A DNA stretch of 64,000 nt from assembly GCA_002269645.1 (NCBI GenBank), contig NIVC01001119.1:248001-312000 (forward strand). Direction: 5' to 3'. A model generated the notes under the pieces. The model worked only from the letters and a program-made list of their open reading frames with translations. It did no database searches and was not told the DNA's origin. The position numbers and the translations under genes were made by a program. Positions 1 through 14,620 of this stretch are shown one piece after another; the first letter of the stretch is position 1, and each line of letters begins with the position of its first letter. The DNA comes from Macrostomum lignano. Its lineage: Eukaryota.

Positions 1-448
1 TTGGAAATCTGCTGCGATCGGAGAGCGCTGGCGAACTGCTGCCGTAGGACAGCACAACCAAATTCCACATGTGAGCAGCCTGGGCTACGTAGGTAGACAC
101 AGTTGAGCAGCCGGTGAGCAGGGTTACTACTCGGCTATTGTTGCTAGGGTGGTACAGCAGTTCGTACATCTTTCTGGCACCCAAGCCCGGATCGCATTGG
201 CTGTCCTGGGGGTGCAGGACCAGGCGATAGTCTGGCAGGATGTCCGGGTGATCATTCACACTCTGCAGGGCCATCTCCACAGCTGGCCAGCAGGCGATAC
301 CGCCAGCCCAGTCGCCAGACATTGGGAACAGGGCACCGATATGTAGAAGGTCCAACGGTTTTTCTCTCTGATTAGATGCCAGACAAAGACTAGCAGTGGA
401 CAAGATCAGCGACCAGGTAAGACTCACAATACAACTGGATTGCCGCAT
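1..448 (-). CDS. GABBR1: GABA-B receptor subunit 1 (class C GPCR), N-terminal coding exon, runs off the window start
   Basis: Manual translation from ATG 448: [24 protein letters not shown] (signal-peptide-like) then [40 protein letters not shown]...DSQCDPG...[37 protein letters not shown]. This closely matches the GABA-B1 Venus-flytrap N-terminus (recalled as [25 protein letters not shown]...GCSSVS...[16 protein letters not shown]). No sushi domains. Missing from the ORF track, presumably because the frame has no stop inside the window. Confidence 0.93.
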   Translation of the reverse strand, partial: MRQSSCIVSLTWSLILSTASLCLASNQREKPLDLLHIGALFPMSGDWAGGIACWPAVEMALQSVNDHPDILPDYRLVLHPQDSQCDPGLGARKMYELLYHPSNNSRVVTLLTGCSTVSTYVAQAAHMWNLVVLSYGSSSPALSDRSRFP

Positions 449-1345
449 GGCAGATTTTTGTTTTACTGTTTACTTTTTTTGGAATTTTGTAGATGGCTGC
501 AATTAATTGATACAATTAATATAGGAATCTATCTCTTTTTATAGTTCTATAGAGTATCATAGTAATAAAATATTCATATTAAAATTTAAACTCAGGTGCA
601 AATCCAGAAAATTTTGAATGGGGCGCAGATTACTAAAGGTACATGTACAATATATATGTACATGATAATGTGTATTTTCAATATAAAACAAAAATTCAAA
701 GTCGACTGGGGCGCATGCCCTGTGCATCTCCTTTCTCTAAATCTGCTACTGATTTGAGTTAAAAAAAAATTCAAAATACGATAAATCAGCTTTAAACTTT
801 ATGACATTACAAATACTAAAAAAGTAAATTAGCAAAAAAACAATATAAATACCACTGAATATTTACTATTGATATATAGGATGGTTAAATTTAATAGGTT
901 AACATAGAATTGATCTATTTTTAAATTTAGCATGAAAAGCTATGATAATTACAATAGCAAAATAAATGAATCTTTATTAGACTTCATTACAGGTATTAAA
1001 ACTAGCTAATTTTAAATTTAAATTTATTTGAAGCTAAACATTACACCAAACTAATGAATTTCTATGAATTTGGTTTTGTCTAGCTTCTATAGAAAATATA
1101 ATAAATTAGTCATAATTTAGTATTAAAACCCTCATTGTAATTTAGGAAAGCTTTTTATGGATTTAATTTATAATTTAAAGGCAAAAATAAGATAGACTGC
1201 TAGATTACCTATCATAAACTCAGAAATAAATTCTAAAGTGATACTTTACAGAATGTGTAATCTTTTGAAACTTTTTGGTCCTTGCTTTTTAGATACTTTT
1301 AAACAATAACCATCTGAGTGAGTTTGAAGCTATATAAAATTATTG

Positions 1346-2343
1346 GGCACTGCTTATCCCCACGGTACCGTAGGAATAATTTCTGTCTTATTCCAACGGT
1401 ACCGTGCGAATAATTTTCTGCTTATCCGCACGGCACACTGAGGAGATAGCTGCCCTATCTTCTACATATGCCGTGCGAATAATTTTCTGCTTATCCGCAC
1501 GGCACACTGACAAGATAGCTGCCCATCTTCTACATATGCCGTGCGAATAATTTTCTGCTTGTCCGCAATATGAATATGAATCATGCGAATTCACATCAAG
1601 GACGACTTAAGCAGAAGGACGGGAAACCTCGTTTCTTAGAAAAGTTTTGAAGGCACGAGGTTTCCCGTCCTTCTACTTAAGTCGTCCTTGATTCACATGA
1701 GTAGTAAAATTCTACGGAAGCGGCAATGGACTATATAAATCACGGCGAGATCAGATTAGACTTTGCTAAAAATTTAAATAATAAACAATTCTTAGAGTTA
1801 ATTTAATTTAAATCATTTGTTACTACACAAAAAATTCTTTCTCATAGAAAAAATCTTTATTTCTTTAGAACAAATGTTCAAGCCAAGTTATGTTGTTATA
1901 CTGCACTTAAATCGTATGTACTAAACTTGCCACAACACGGCATATGTAGAAGATAGGGCAGCTATCTCGTCAGTGTGCCGTGCGGATAAGCAGAAAATTA
2001 TTCGCACGGCATATGTAGAAGATAGGGCAGCTATCTCGTCAGTGTGCCGTGCGGATAAGCAGAAAATTATTCGCACGGCATATGTAGAAGATAGGGCAGC
2101 TATATCTCGTCAGTGTGCCGTGCGGATAAGCAGAAAATTATTCGCACGGCATATGTAGAAGATAGGGCAGCTATCTCGTCAGTGTGCCGTGCGGATAAGC
2201 AGAAAATTATTCGCACGGCATATGTAGAAGATAGGGCAGCTATCTCCTCAGTGTGCCGTGCGGATAAGCAGAAAATTATTCGCACGGTACCGTTGGAATA
2301 AGACAGAAATTATTCCTACGGTACCGTGGGGATAAGCACTGCC
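1346..2343. mobile_element. Foldback/Mutator-like non-autonomous element with long TIRs made of 69-bp tandem units
   Basis: Termini GGCACTGCTTATCCCCACGG and CCGTGGGGATAAGCACTGCC match as inverted repeats at 19/20. Perfect 9-bp TSD AAATTATTG (1337-1345, 2344-2352). The arms contain a 69-bp unit, about 2 copies on the left and about 5 on the right in inverted orientation. Confidence 0.88.
1597..1690. mobile_element. 94-bp hairpin MITE (P- or hAT-type) nested in the foldback element
   Basis: 36-bp TIRs CAAGGACGACTTAAG...CCTCGT (35/36 match), 22-nt spacer, perfect 8-bp TSD ATTCACAT (1589-1596, 1691-1698). Confidence 0.88.
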
Positions 2344-3670
2344 AAATTATTGTAGGGCCTATCTAAAATTAGATTAAAAATCCAAATATCACTTAAAAAC
2401 TTTGCTGAAAATTTGACAACTTTACTTCAGAAAGGCCGAAAATTCACTTTAACAGATACACAAATAATACAAAAAAAGATACAGAAAAAGCATGTGTGCA
2501 TGCATGTAATGTGTATAATTATGACTTAAAACCCGAAAATAAAAAAATTAACGATAAAAACAATAAATACTGAATTAGTGCTTTATATTTTAAACCAATA
2601 CAGAATTTTTGATATTGTTTAGAGAAGAAGCGCAATTAAGAAAAAATTGGTGTGAATAAGAGATTAGACGTAAAATGATTGAAGCACATTTGAACATTTG
2701 TTATAGCGCTTTGATAAAAACGAAATATTTATAGACGTATTAAACATTCGCCGACGCTTATTCAGACACTTCTACAGACACTTTAGTTTCTGTCGTACGA
2801 ATCGTAGGAACAAGCATAAAATTTGTTTATTCCTAACAAACTATCAGTAAACTCCTGTATTTTAAGCTTTTTTGCTTTATTTTATTAAATATGAATCATG
2901 AAATTTGTTATTCTGCATAGATTCTCTTCACGTGAAGAAGAATGTTAAATTTTCCAGGACACTTCCTAATTCATATTTAATTACTTTACTTTACATTTTG
3001 AAAAAAACAAAAGTTTGGGTTTCTACATGTATACGATTCTTATACCATACATGATTTATTCTACCTCTCAAGCTGACATATTCATGTGCACTTTAACCTT
3101 GTAAATATGCAAGTACCTACTGGTATAAAATAAAAAATCCACTTATTCAACACAATCGAAGACATGTTTATTAAGGCAGCACACATATTAAATAGAAGCT
3201 TTAATATATAATAAACGTGCGACGTCGACTGCAAATACTTCAAAGTTTACTATAAAAGTTGCTGTATATTTACACTGAAAAATAATAAATATATACAAAC
3301 ACACACACAGTAACACAGACTGTATGTAACAAACAATAGCAGTGGGAAATGTGTATTTTATGCAATTGCTCATTTTGACTGGAAAGCAGGCATGCAGCAC
3401 AGGGATAGCAATGCAATAATTAAATGTGTAGACAAACGTGAAATATTTAAACTATATAAAATTGGTTGGGGATACGAACAGTGAATATATGCTAGAAATT
3501 CAATTGCTCATTCGTCTTTAAGATTATAAAACTTGAAAAATACTTGGTGCCCCACTGGGCTCGAACTAAACTCAAAACGTGACTCAAGTCATAATTCGTT
3601 AAGTTAATGCATCTCTCTATACGCTAAGTCTAAAGGGACCAATAAAGCATATATGCATAGAATTTTTAAT

Positions 3671-6649
<2,979 letters not shown>

Positions 6650-7445
6650 GCCGGTGACGATGCCCGCGTATTGAGACTGAAAAAAATGAATTTTTCTCTT
6701 AGTAAATAATACTGTTAAAAATCCTATTAACTCTACTAGTAGTAGGCTAATTTAGACATTTGTCTAAATTTTAATTTCTAAAATCGAAAAAAAAATGACA
6801 ATACAATGAAGTCTTCTTCGAAACGATAAAAAATGTTATCAGATTTAAACAGATTCTTTCGCTTTCATTTTTCTCGTTATCGAATATTTTTCCACTACGG
6901 CGATAGGGGAGTTGCGTAGATCTGCTGTAGCAAGCAAAACAATGAGAAATCACATTCAAACAGGCCAAACAAATGACACAATGTACTATTTCGCTAAAAG
7001 ACACGAAAAGCAACTAAACTCTATGAACTATTTTGTGAAACGATTGGTGTACTAAATTTAGGCATCTTGAGCAGTTACAGCTAAGAAAAAAGATCTCCAA
7101 GTTTTGTTGCAAAAAATGGGCAGAATATCTCAGTTGAACTTCTATTAGACTAAAGAGTTTATCACACATTTTTATAAGGTCTGTTAACCTGCCTGTCTGT
7201 CTCAGTGTCTAGAGTATTGTATGGACATATATGAGAAGTACAAAGAGAAATCGCTAAGCAGATATTATATAGCTCTCTAAAGTAGATTTGTGAACAATGC
7301 AAACTGAATCACGCATGTACAATTGAATAAAGGATAGTCGCAGTAGACAACAATAGTGTGATAACATTTTTCAAGGCATTCTAAAACCTGTCTATTTAAG
7401 ACAAATTCTTAGTCTATTTTCACTCTGAGTTTCAAGTCACACTTT

Positions 7446-8725
7446 GATAGTGCCTAATTGTCACTCCGATAGTGCCTAATTGTCACTCCGATAGTGCCTG
7501 ATTGTCACCCCAATAGTGCCTAATTGTCACTCCGATAGTGCCTAATTGTCACTCCGATAGTGCCTAATTGTCACTCCGATAGTGCCTGATTGTCACCCCC
7601 ATAGTGCCTAATTGTCACTCCGATAGTGCCTAATTTTCACTCCTATAGTGCCTAATTGTCACTCCGATGGTGCCTAATTTTCACTCCGATAGTGCCTAAT
7701 TGTCAGTCCAATAGTGCCTAATTGTCACTCCGATAGTGCCTAATTGTCACTCCGATAGTGCCTAATTGTCACTCCGATAGTGCCTAATTTTCACTCCGAT
7801 AGTGCCTAATTGTCAGTCCAATAGTGCCTAATTGTCACTCCGATAGTGCCTAATTGTCACTCCGATAGTGCCTAATTGTCAGTCCAATAGTGCCTAATTG
7901 TCACTCCGATAGTGCCTAATTGTCACTCCGATAGTGCCTAATTGTCACTCCTATAGTGCCTAATTGTCTCTCCTATAGTGCTAATTGTCACTCCAACTGT
8001 ATCGAAATGTCACTCCGACTGTATTGGAAATGTCACTCCGACTGTATCGGAAATGTCACTCCGACTGCATCGGAAATGTCACTCCGACTGTATCGAAAAT
8101 TTCACTCCGACTGTATCGAAAATTTCACTCCGACTGTATCGAAAATGTCACTCCGACTGTATCGGAATGTCACTCCGACTGTATTGGAATGTCACTCCGA
8201 CTGCATCGGAAATGTCACTCCGACTGCATCGGAAATGTCACTCCGACTGCATCGGAAATGTCACTCCGACTGCATCGGAAATGTCACTCCGACTGCATCG
8301 GAAATGTCACTCCGACTGTATCGGAATGTCACTCCGACTGTATTGGAATGTCACTCCGACTGCATCGGAAATGTCACTCCGACTGCATCGGAAATGTCAC
8401 TCCGACTGCATCGGAAATGTCACTCCGACTGCATCGGAAATGTCACTCCGACTGTATCGAAAATTTCACTCCGACTGCATCGGAAATGTCACTCCGACTG
8501 CATCGAAAATGTCACTCCGACTGTATTGGAAATGTCACTCCGACTGCATCGGAAATGTCACTCCGACTGCATCGGAAATGTCACTCCGACTGTATCGAAA
8601 ATTTCACTCTGACTGCATCGGAAATGTCACTCCGACTGTATCGGAAATGTCACTCCGACTGCATCGGAAATGTCACTCCGTCTGTATCGGAATGTCACTC
8701 CGACTGCATCGGAAATGTCACTGCA
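7446..8725. repeat. Biphasic minisatellite (22-bp then 23-bp unit) between the fumarase and DCAF7 genes
   Basis: About 7446-7985 unit GATAGTGCCTAATTGTCACTCC; about 7986-8725 unit CGACTGCATCGGAAATGTCACTC. Both share the core TGTCACTCCGA. Confidence 0.95.
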
Positions 8726-9002
8726 ACTGAATCCGAAGTGAAAATATTCTGAACAAGAATCAATAAGCTCTCAGCATTAAGTGAACCATAACTCAGGTAA
8801 AGAAACGTGCCCTGTCAGCACTATTCTTTAAACTGGTTTATCTACTAAATTAAATTAGAAATGAACAAAATCGATAAACTTGTTTGCAAGAGAAAAGCAA
8901 CACAATTTTAAATAGCTGCTTTTAGCGCTGTCAGCCCCGCTCTGCATGTCAGTGAAGTAAGTGTCAGTGAATCGTAGCGCGAATGGATCTCCACGCGTAA
9001 CT

Positions 9003-10584
9003 TCAGTCGGTCTGCCACTGCTTAAAGAAATCGTTGCCTTTATTGTCAACCACGATAAAAGCTGGGAAATTCTCCACCTCAACGCGCCACACGGCCTCCA
9101 TGCCGAGTTCCTGATATTCCAGCACTTCAACTTTTTTAATGCTGTTCTGCGCCAGGATGGCGGCTGGACCGCCGATGCTGCCCAGGTAGAAGCCGCCGTG
9201 TTTTTTGCAGGCCTCCGTGACAGCTCGGGACCGGTTGCCTTTGGCCAACATCACCATGCTGCCGCCGGCCGCCTGCGGTGCGTAGGGAGGGGACTGTGGT
9301 TCACAATGCTGAGCCTCATTCACTCTATCTTTCACTCACAACAATTATTGACTTACAACAATCATTCACTCACAATAATCATTCACTCACAATAATCATT
9401 CACTCACAACAATCATTGACTCACAACAATCATTCACTCACAATAATAGTTCACTCACAACAATAGTTCACTCACAACAATAGTTCACTCACAACAATCA
9501 TTCACTCACAACAATCATTCACTCACAACAATCATTCACTCACAACAATCATTCACTCACAACAATCATTGACTCACAACAATCACTCACTCACAACAAT
9601 CATTCACTCACAATAGTCATTCACTCAAACGTCAATCCATTCACTCACACATCAATCATTCACTCACACATGAAATATTCACTCACATGCCAAAATCAAT
9701 TCACACTCTCAGAACCAGAACATTCACATTTAAACAACCTGAAGATTAAAGCTCACATTAGAAACACAATTATGAATCAATCACTCATTCAATAGCTATT
9801 AGCAGTAAACCCTAAAAGCAGTGGGAAAACTATCCAACGCACCTGGAACTGGTCCACATAGGAGTCCATCCTTCCAGCCGTAGTAGGGCCAAACGAGCCG
9901 CTAGCATAGCCCTCCGGAGTTTTAGCCGGGCCAGCGTAATAAACCGGATGATCTTTAATGTACTGCGGCAGGCCCTGGCCAGAGTCTAAACGCTGCTTCA
10001 GCTTGGCATGCGCAATGTCCCTAGCAACCACTAGGGTGCCGCTTAGCGACAGTCTAGTCCGAACTGGGTACTTGGACAGCAGCGACAGCACCTTATCCAT
10101 TGGCTGGTTGAGATCTACTTTAACAACTTCATCGCCAAGATCCGAGTCGCGTATTTCTGGCAAATATTTGCTCGGGTCGGTTTCCAATTGTTCCAGGTAG
10201 ACTCCGGTCTCGTCTATTTTGCCCAGCGCCTGCCGATCAGCTGAACAGGACACGCCGATGCCTGCGATGGGGCAACAGTTTGATGGGGCACGTCTAGTCA
10301 CAGTGTCTCTTTAATATAGTTGAACTAAAACTACTGGTAATACTGTCTTTATATGTCTGCTCATGCTACATGTAATTGCTGGTGATTAACCTATCACAGC
10401 TGTCCGTAGGTCTGTCTGTCCGTATATAAACAGGTCTGTCTGTCTTTTGGTTCTTCATCTACCCATCTTAGTCTGTCAGGTGGTTTGGTGTCTGTATTGG
10501 TCTGTCTGTCTGTCTGTCTTAGCTTCTGTCTGTCTGTCTGTCTGTCTTAGCTTCTGTCTGTCTGTCTGTCTGTCTGTCTTAGCT

Positions 10585-10655
<71 letters not shown>

Positions 10656-10860
10656 TAGCTTCTGTCTGTCTGTCTGTCTATCTGTCTTAGCTTCTGTCTG
10701 TCTGTCTGTCTGTCTTAGCTTCTGTCCGTCTGTCTGTCTGTCTGTCTTAGCTTCTGTCTGTCTGTCTGTCTGTCTTAGCTTCTGTCTGTCTGTCTGTCTG
10801 TCTTAGCTTCTGTCTGTCTGTCTGTCTTAGCTTCTGTCTGTCTGTCTGTCTGTCTTAGCT

Positions 10861-10915
<55 letters not shown>

Positions 10916-11052
10916 TAGCTTCTGTCTGTCTGTCTGTCTTAGCTTCTGTCTGTCTGTCTGTCTTAGCTTCTGTCTGTCTGTCTGTCTATCTGTCTTAGCT
11001 TCTGTCTGTCTATCTGTCTTAGCTTCTGTCTGTCTGTCTGTCTGTCTTAGCT

Positions 11053-11083
<31 letters not shown>

Positions 11084-11308
11084 TAGCTTCTGTCTGTCTG
11101 TCTGTCTGTCTTAGCTTCTGTCTGTCTGTCTGTCTGTCTGTCTTAGCTTCTGTCTGTCTGTCTGTCTGTCTGTCTTAGCTTCTGTCCGTCTGTCTGTCTG
11201 TCTGTCTTAGCTTCTGTCTGTCTGTCTGTCTGTCTGTCTTAGCTTCTGTCCGTCTGTCTGTCCGTCTGTCTGTCTTAGCTTCTGTCTGTCTGTCTGTCTG
11301 TCTTAACT

Positions 11309-11391
<83 letters not shown>

Positions 11392-11464
11392 TAGCTTCTG
11401 TCTGTCTGTCTTAGCTTCTGTCTTAGCTTCTGTCTGTCCGTCTGTCTGTCTGTCTGTCTTAGCT

Positions 11465-11495
<31 letters not shown>

Positions 11496-14003
11496 TAGCT
11501 TCTGTCCGTCTGTCTGTCTTAGCTTCTGTCCGTCTGTCTGTCTTAGCTTCTGTCTGTCTGTCTTAGCTTCTGTCCGTCTGTCTGTCTGTCTGTCTTAGCT
11601 TCTGTCTGTCTGTCTGTCTGTCTGTCTTAGCTTCTGTCCGTCTGTCTGTCTTAGCTTCTGTCTGTCTGTCTGTCTTAGCTTCTGTCTGTCTGTCTGTCTG
11701 CCAGCCCAGCGGTCCCCCAGCTAACCAATGGGGCAGGAGGCGCCGTGCCGGGGCAGGCGCACCACCCGCACATCGTGGCAGAAGTATTTGCCGCCGAACT
11801 GAGCTCCGATGCCGCACTGTCTGGTGAGAGCCAGCACCTGCTCCTCGAACTGATGATCGCGGAACGCTCGACCATGCTCGTTGCCGGAGTCGTGCAGATT
11901 GTCAAGGTAGCGAGCGGAGGCGAGTTTCACAGTCTTCAGACAGGCCTCAGCTGAGGTGCCGCCAATCACAATGGCCAGATGATAGGGCGGGCAGGCCGCT
12001 GTGCCTAAAGTCTTGATTTTCTCATCAACAAATTTGAGCAGCTTCTCAGGATTGAGCACAGATTTAGTCTGCTGATAGAGAAAGGTCTTGTTAGCCGAGC
12101 CGCCGCCTTTGGCCATGAACAAAAATTTGTACTCGCGACCGGGGGTTGAGTACAGCTCAATTTGTGCTGGCAGATTAGTGCCAGTGTTCTTCTCCTCGTA
12201 CATGTCCAAGGGCGACACCTGGATGGTAGGTGGACAGTTGTACTTCGAGGATCTATTAGTAAAGAAGCTGTACTTCGAGGATCTATTAGTACAGAAGCTG
12301 TACTTCGAGGATCTATTAGTACAGAAGCTGTACTTCGAGGATCTATTAGTACAGAAGCTGTACTCCGAGGATCTATTAGTACAGAAGCTGTAATTCGAGG
12401 ATCTATTAGAACAGAAGCTGTACTTTGAGGATCTATTAGAACAGAAGCTGTACTTTGAGGATCTATTAGTACAGAAGCTGTACTTTGAGGATCTATTTTA
12501 GTACAGAAGCTGTACTCCGAGGATCTATTAGTACAGAAGCTGTAATTCGAGGATCTATTAGAACAGAAGCTGTACTTTGAGGATCTATTAGAACAGAAGC
12601 TGTACTTTGAGGATCTATTAGTACAGAAGCTGTACTTTGAGGATCTATTAGTACAGAAGCTGTACTTTGAGGATCTATTAGTACAGAAGCTTTAATTCGA
12701 GGATCTATTAGAACAGAAGCTGTACTTTGAGGATCTATTAGAACAGAAGCTGTACTTTGAGGATCTATTAGTACAGAAGCTGTACTTTGAGGATCTATTA
12801 GTACAGAAGCTGTACTTTGAGGATCTATTAGAACAGAAGCTGTACTTTGAGGATCTATTAGAACAGAAGCTGTACTTTGAGGATCTATTAGAACAGAAGC
12901 TGTACTTTGAGGATCTATTAGTACAGAAGCTGTACTTTGAGGATCTATTAGTACAGAAGCTGTACTTTGAGGATCTATTAGTACAGAAGCTTTAATTCGA
13001 GGATCTATTAGAACAGAAGCTGTACTTTGAGGATCTATTAGAACAGAAGCTGTACTTTGAGGATCTATTAGTACAGAAGCTGTACTTTGAGGATCTATTA
13101 GAACAGAAGCTGTACTTTGAGGATCTATTAGTACAGAAGCTGTACTTTGAGGATCTATTTTAGTACAGAAGCTGTACTTTGAGGATCTATTAGTACAGAA
13201 GCTGTACTTTGAGGATCTATTTTAGTACAGAAGCTGTACTTTGAGGATCTATTAGTACAGAAGCTGTACTTTGAGGATCTATTAGTACAGAAGCTGTACT
13301 TTGAGGATCTATTAATTACAGAAACTGTACTTTGAGGATCTATTAGTTGGTACAGAAGCTGTACTTTGAGGATCTATTAATACAGAAGTAGCTGTATTGA
13401 AGAGAGTTATAAATCCATATCGCGGCTGCACCCTGCCAAATGAATATAATTATAATAAAATCTGTTTCGCACCTGAGAGTAGCGCAGATTAGTGCCCGTA
13501 TAGGTATTATAGACGCCATGACTCAAAGCGCTAGCATCATCAGCGCAATGCGTCATAACGTATTGACCCTTCTTGCCAATGACAATAGCGGTGCCGGTGT
13601 CCTGACAGCCAGGCAGCACCATATTAGCGGCAATGTTGGCATTCTTTAACAGTTCTAAAGCCACAAATTTGTCATTCTTAGACGCTTCGGAATCTTTCAG
13701 AATGTTAGCCAGAGACTGAAGATGGCCCGGCCGCAACAGGTGAGCAATGTCAACCATGGCAGTTTGAGCAAGCATGGTCAGCGCTTTGCCATCAACGTGC
13801 AGAATTTTCTTGCCCAAATGCTCGCTGGTGCACACATAGTCGGTGGTTAGCTTTTTGTAAGGCGTATCACTGTCTGCCGGTCGGGTCATCTCCATCACGT
13901 CCTGATAGTGAAACGGTCGTGGCGCCGTTGCTAAGCAACGGGATGAAAGGCGTGAGAGACGCCAGCTGGAGTCTAGCAGTCTTGGCAATGATTGCATTGT
14001 CAT
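9003..14003 (-). CDS. fumA: Class I (4Fe-4S) fumarate hydratase, FumA/FumB family, 4 exons, about 570 aa, with probable mitochondrial presequence
   Basis: Exons 14003-13473, 12218-11726, 10261-9843, 9272-9003, GT-AG, phases 0/1/0, total 1713 nt, open to TGA. Class I motifs [109 protein letters not shown]. The N-terminus [25 protein letters not shown] is Arg/Ser/Leu-rich with one acidic residue. Confidence 0.97.
9330..9700. repeat. 17-bp minisatellite in fumarase intron 3
   Basis: Unit CATTCACTCACAACAAT, about 20 copies, degrading distally. Confidence 0.92.
10400..11700. repeat. (TCTG)n microsatellite punctuated by TCTTAGCT in fumarase intron 2
   Basis: About 1.3 kb of TCTG runs of variable length separated by a constant TTAGCT interruption. 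Confidence 0.96.
12236..13390. repeat. 30-bp minisatellite filling fumarase intron 1
   Basis: Unit TGTACTTTGAGGATCTATTAGTACAGAAGC, about 38 copies. Confidence 0.97.
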
Positions 14004-14397
14004 GCATGGTATTCATATAAACATGTGATTTTTAATAGCATAATCTTTTTAAGCTTTCTAGGTTAATCCAATATTGTTAAATGCTTAATTCACTAAAAAA
14101 CTTCCATATTAATTGTAGTACAAAAGAAACATTTTCTGAATTCGATTTTCTGATCAAGACAATAACCAGTGACAATGAACCAGTGTATGAAAATGATATT
14201 TATATAATAAATGCTCAACTAGCGTCTAGCAATAGGAGCTAGAACAGAAGCATGAAAAAGCTAAAGACAACTGATTTTAGATTTTAAATAAATACATTTA
14301 TAATTTATTTTACTACAAACAATACATGTTTGCCCACTATAATTTAATATTTTTCTTTCTCAGACCCCCTGTCTAATTAGGCTAGCAAACGCATTCA

Positions 14398-14620
14398 ATG
14401 GAACTGCTAAAAAATGAATGGCAAAAAATTCTGCTCAGCCACTTTCATGTGGGACACAAAGCAGCCGAGGCACATTGCAAGTTATCGCAGCTGATGGGTC
14501 CACATGCACCCTCTAAGTCATCAGTGTATGAGTGGTTCTCATGTTTTTCTGAATAGAACTTGAGACTATGAGCTGCAGAACAGGCCAAGGTTAGGCTGAC
14601 CCCCAGCTGCTGATAGCAAT
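14398..14620 (+). pseudogene. Mariner transposase N-terminal helix-turn-helix remnant
   Basis: ATG 14398: MELLKNEWQKILLSHFHVGHKAAEAHCKLSQLMGPHAPSKSSVYEWFSCFSE* resembles the mariner N-terminus (LL..F..G..AAEA...L....G..A.S...V..WF). Premature stop at 14554-14556 and no catalytic domain seen. Confidence 0.72.

Noticed and set aside
149-346. 65-aa plus-strand ORF
   Set aside because: Antisense shadow of the GABA-B1 exon.
7446-8725. CRISPR-like appearance of the regular 22-44-bp arrays (also 12236-13390 and 48811-50412)
   Set aside because: Units are head-to-tail with no unique spacers, there are no cas genes, and the context is eukaryotic.
9003-14003. Bacterial contamination as the source of the class I fumarase
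   Set aside because: Three GT-AG introns are filled with the same kind of repeats as neighbouring animal genes, and there is an N-terminal presequence.
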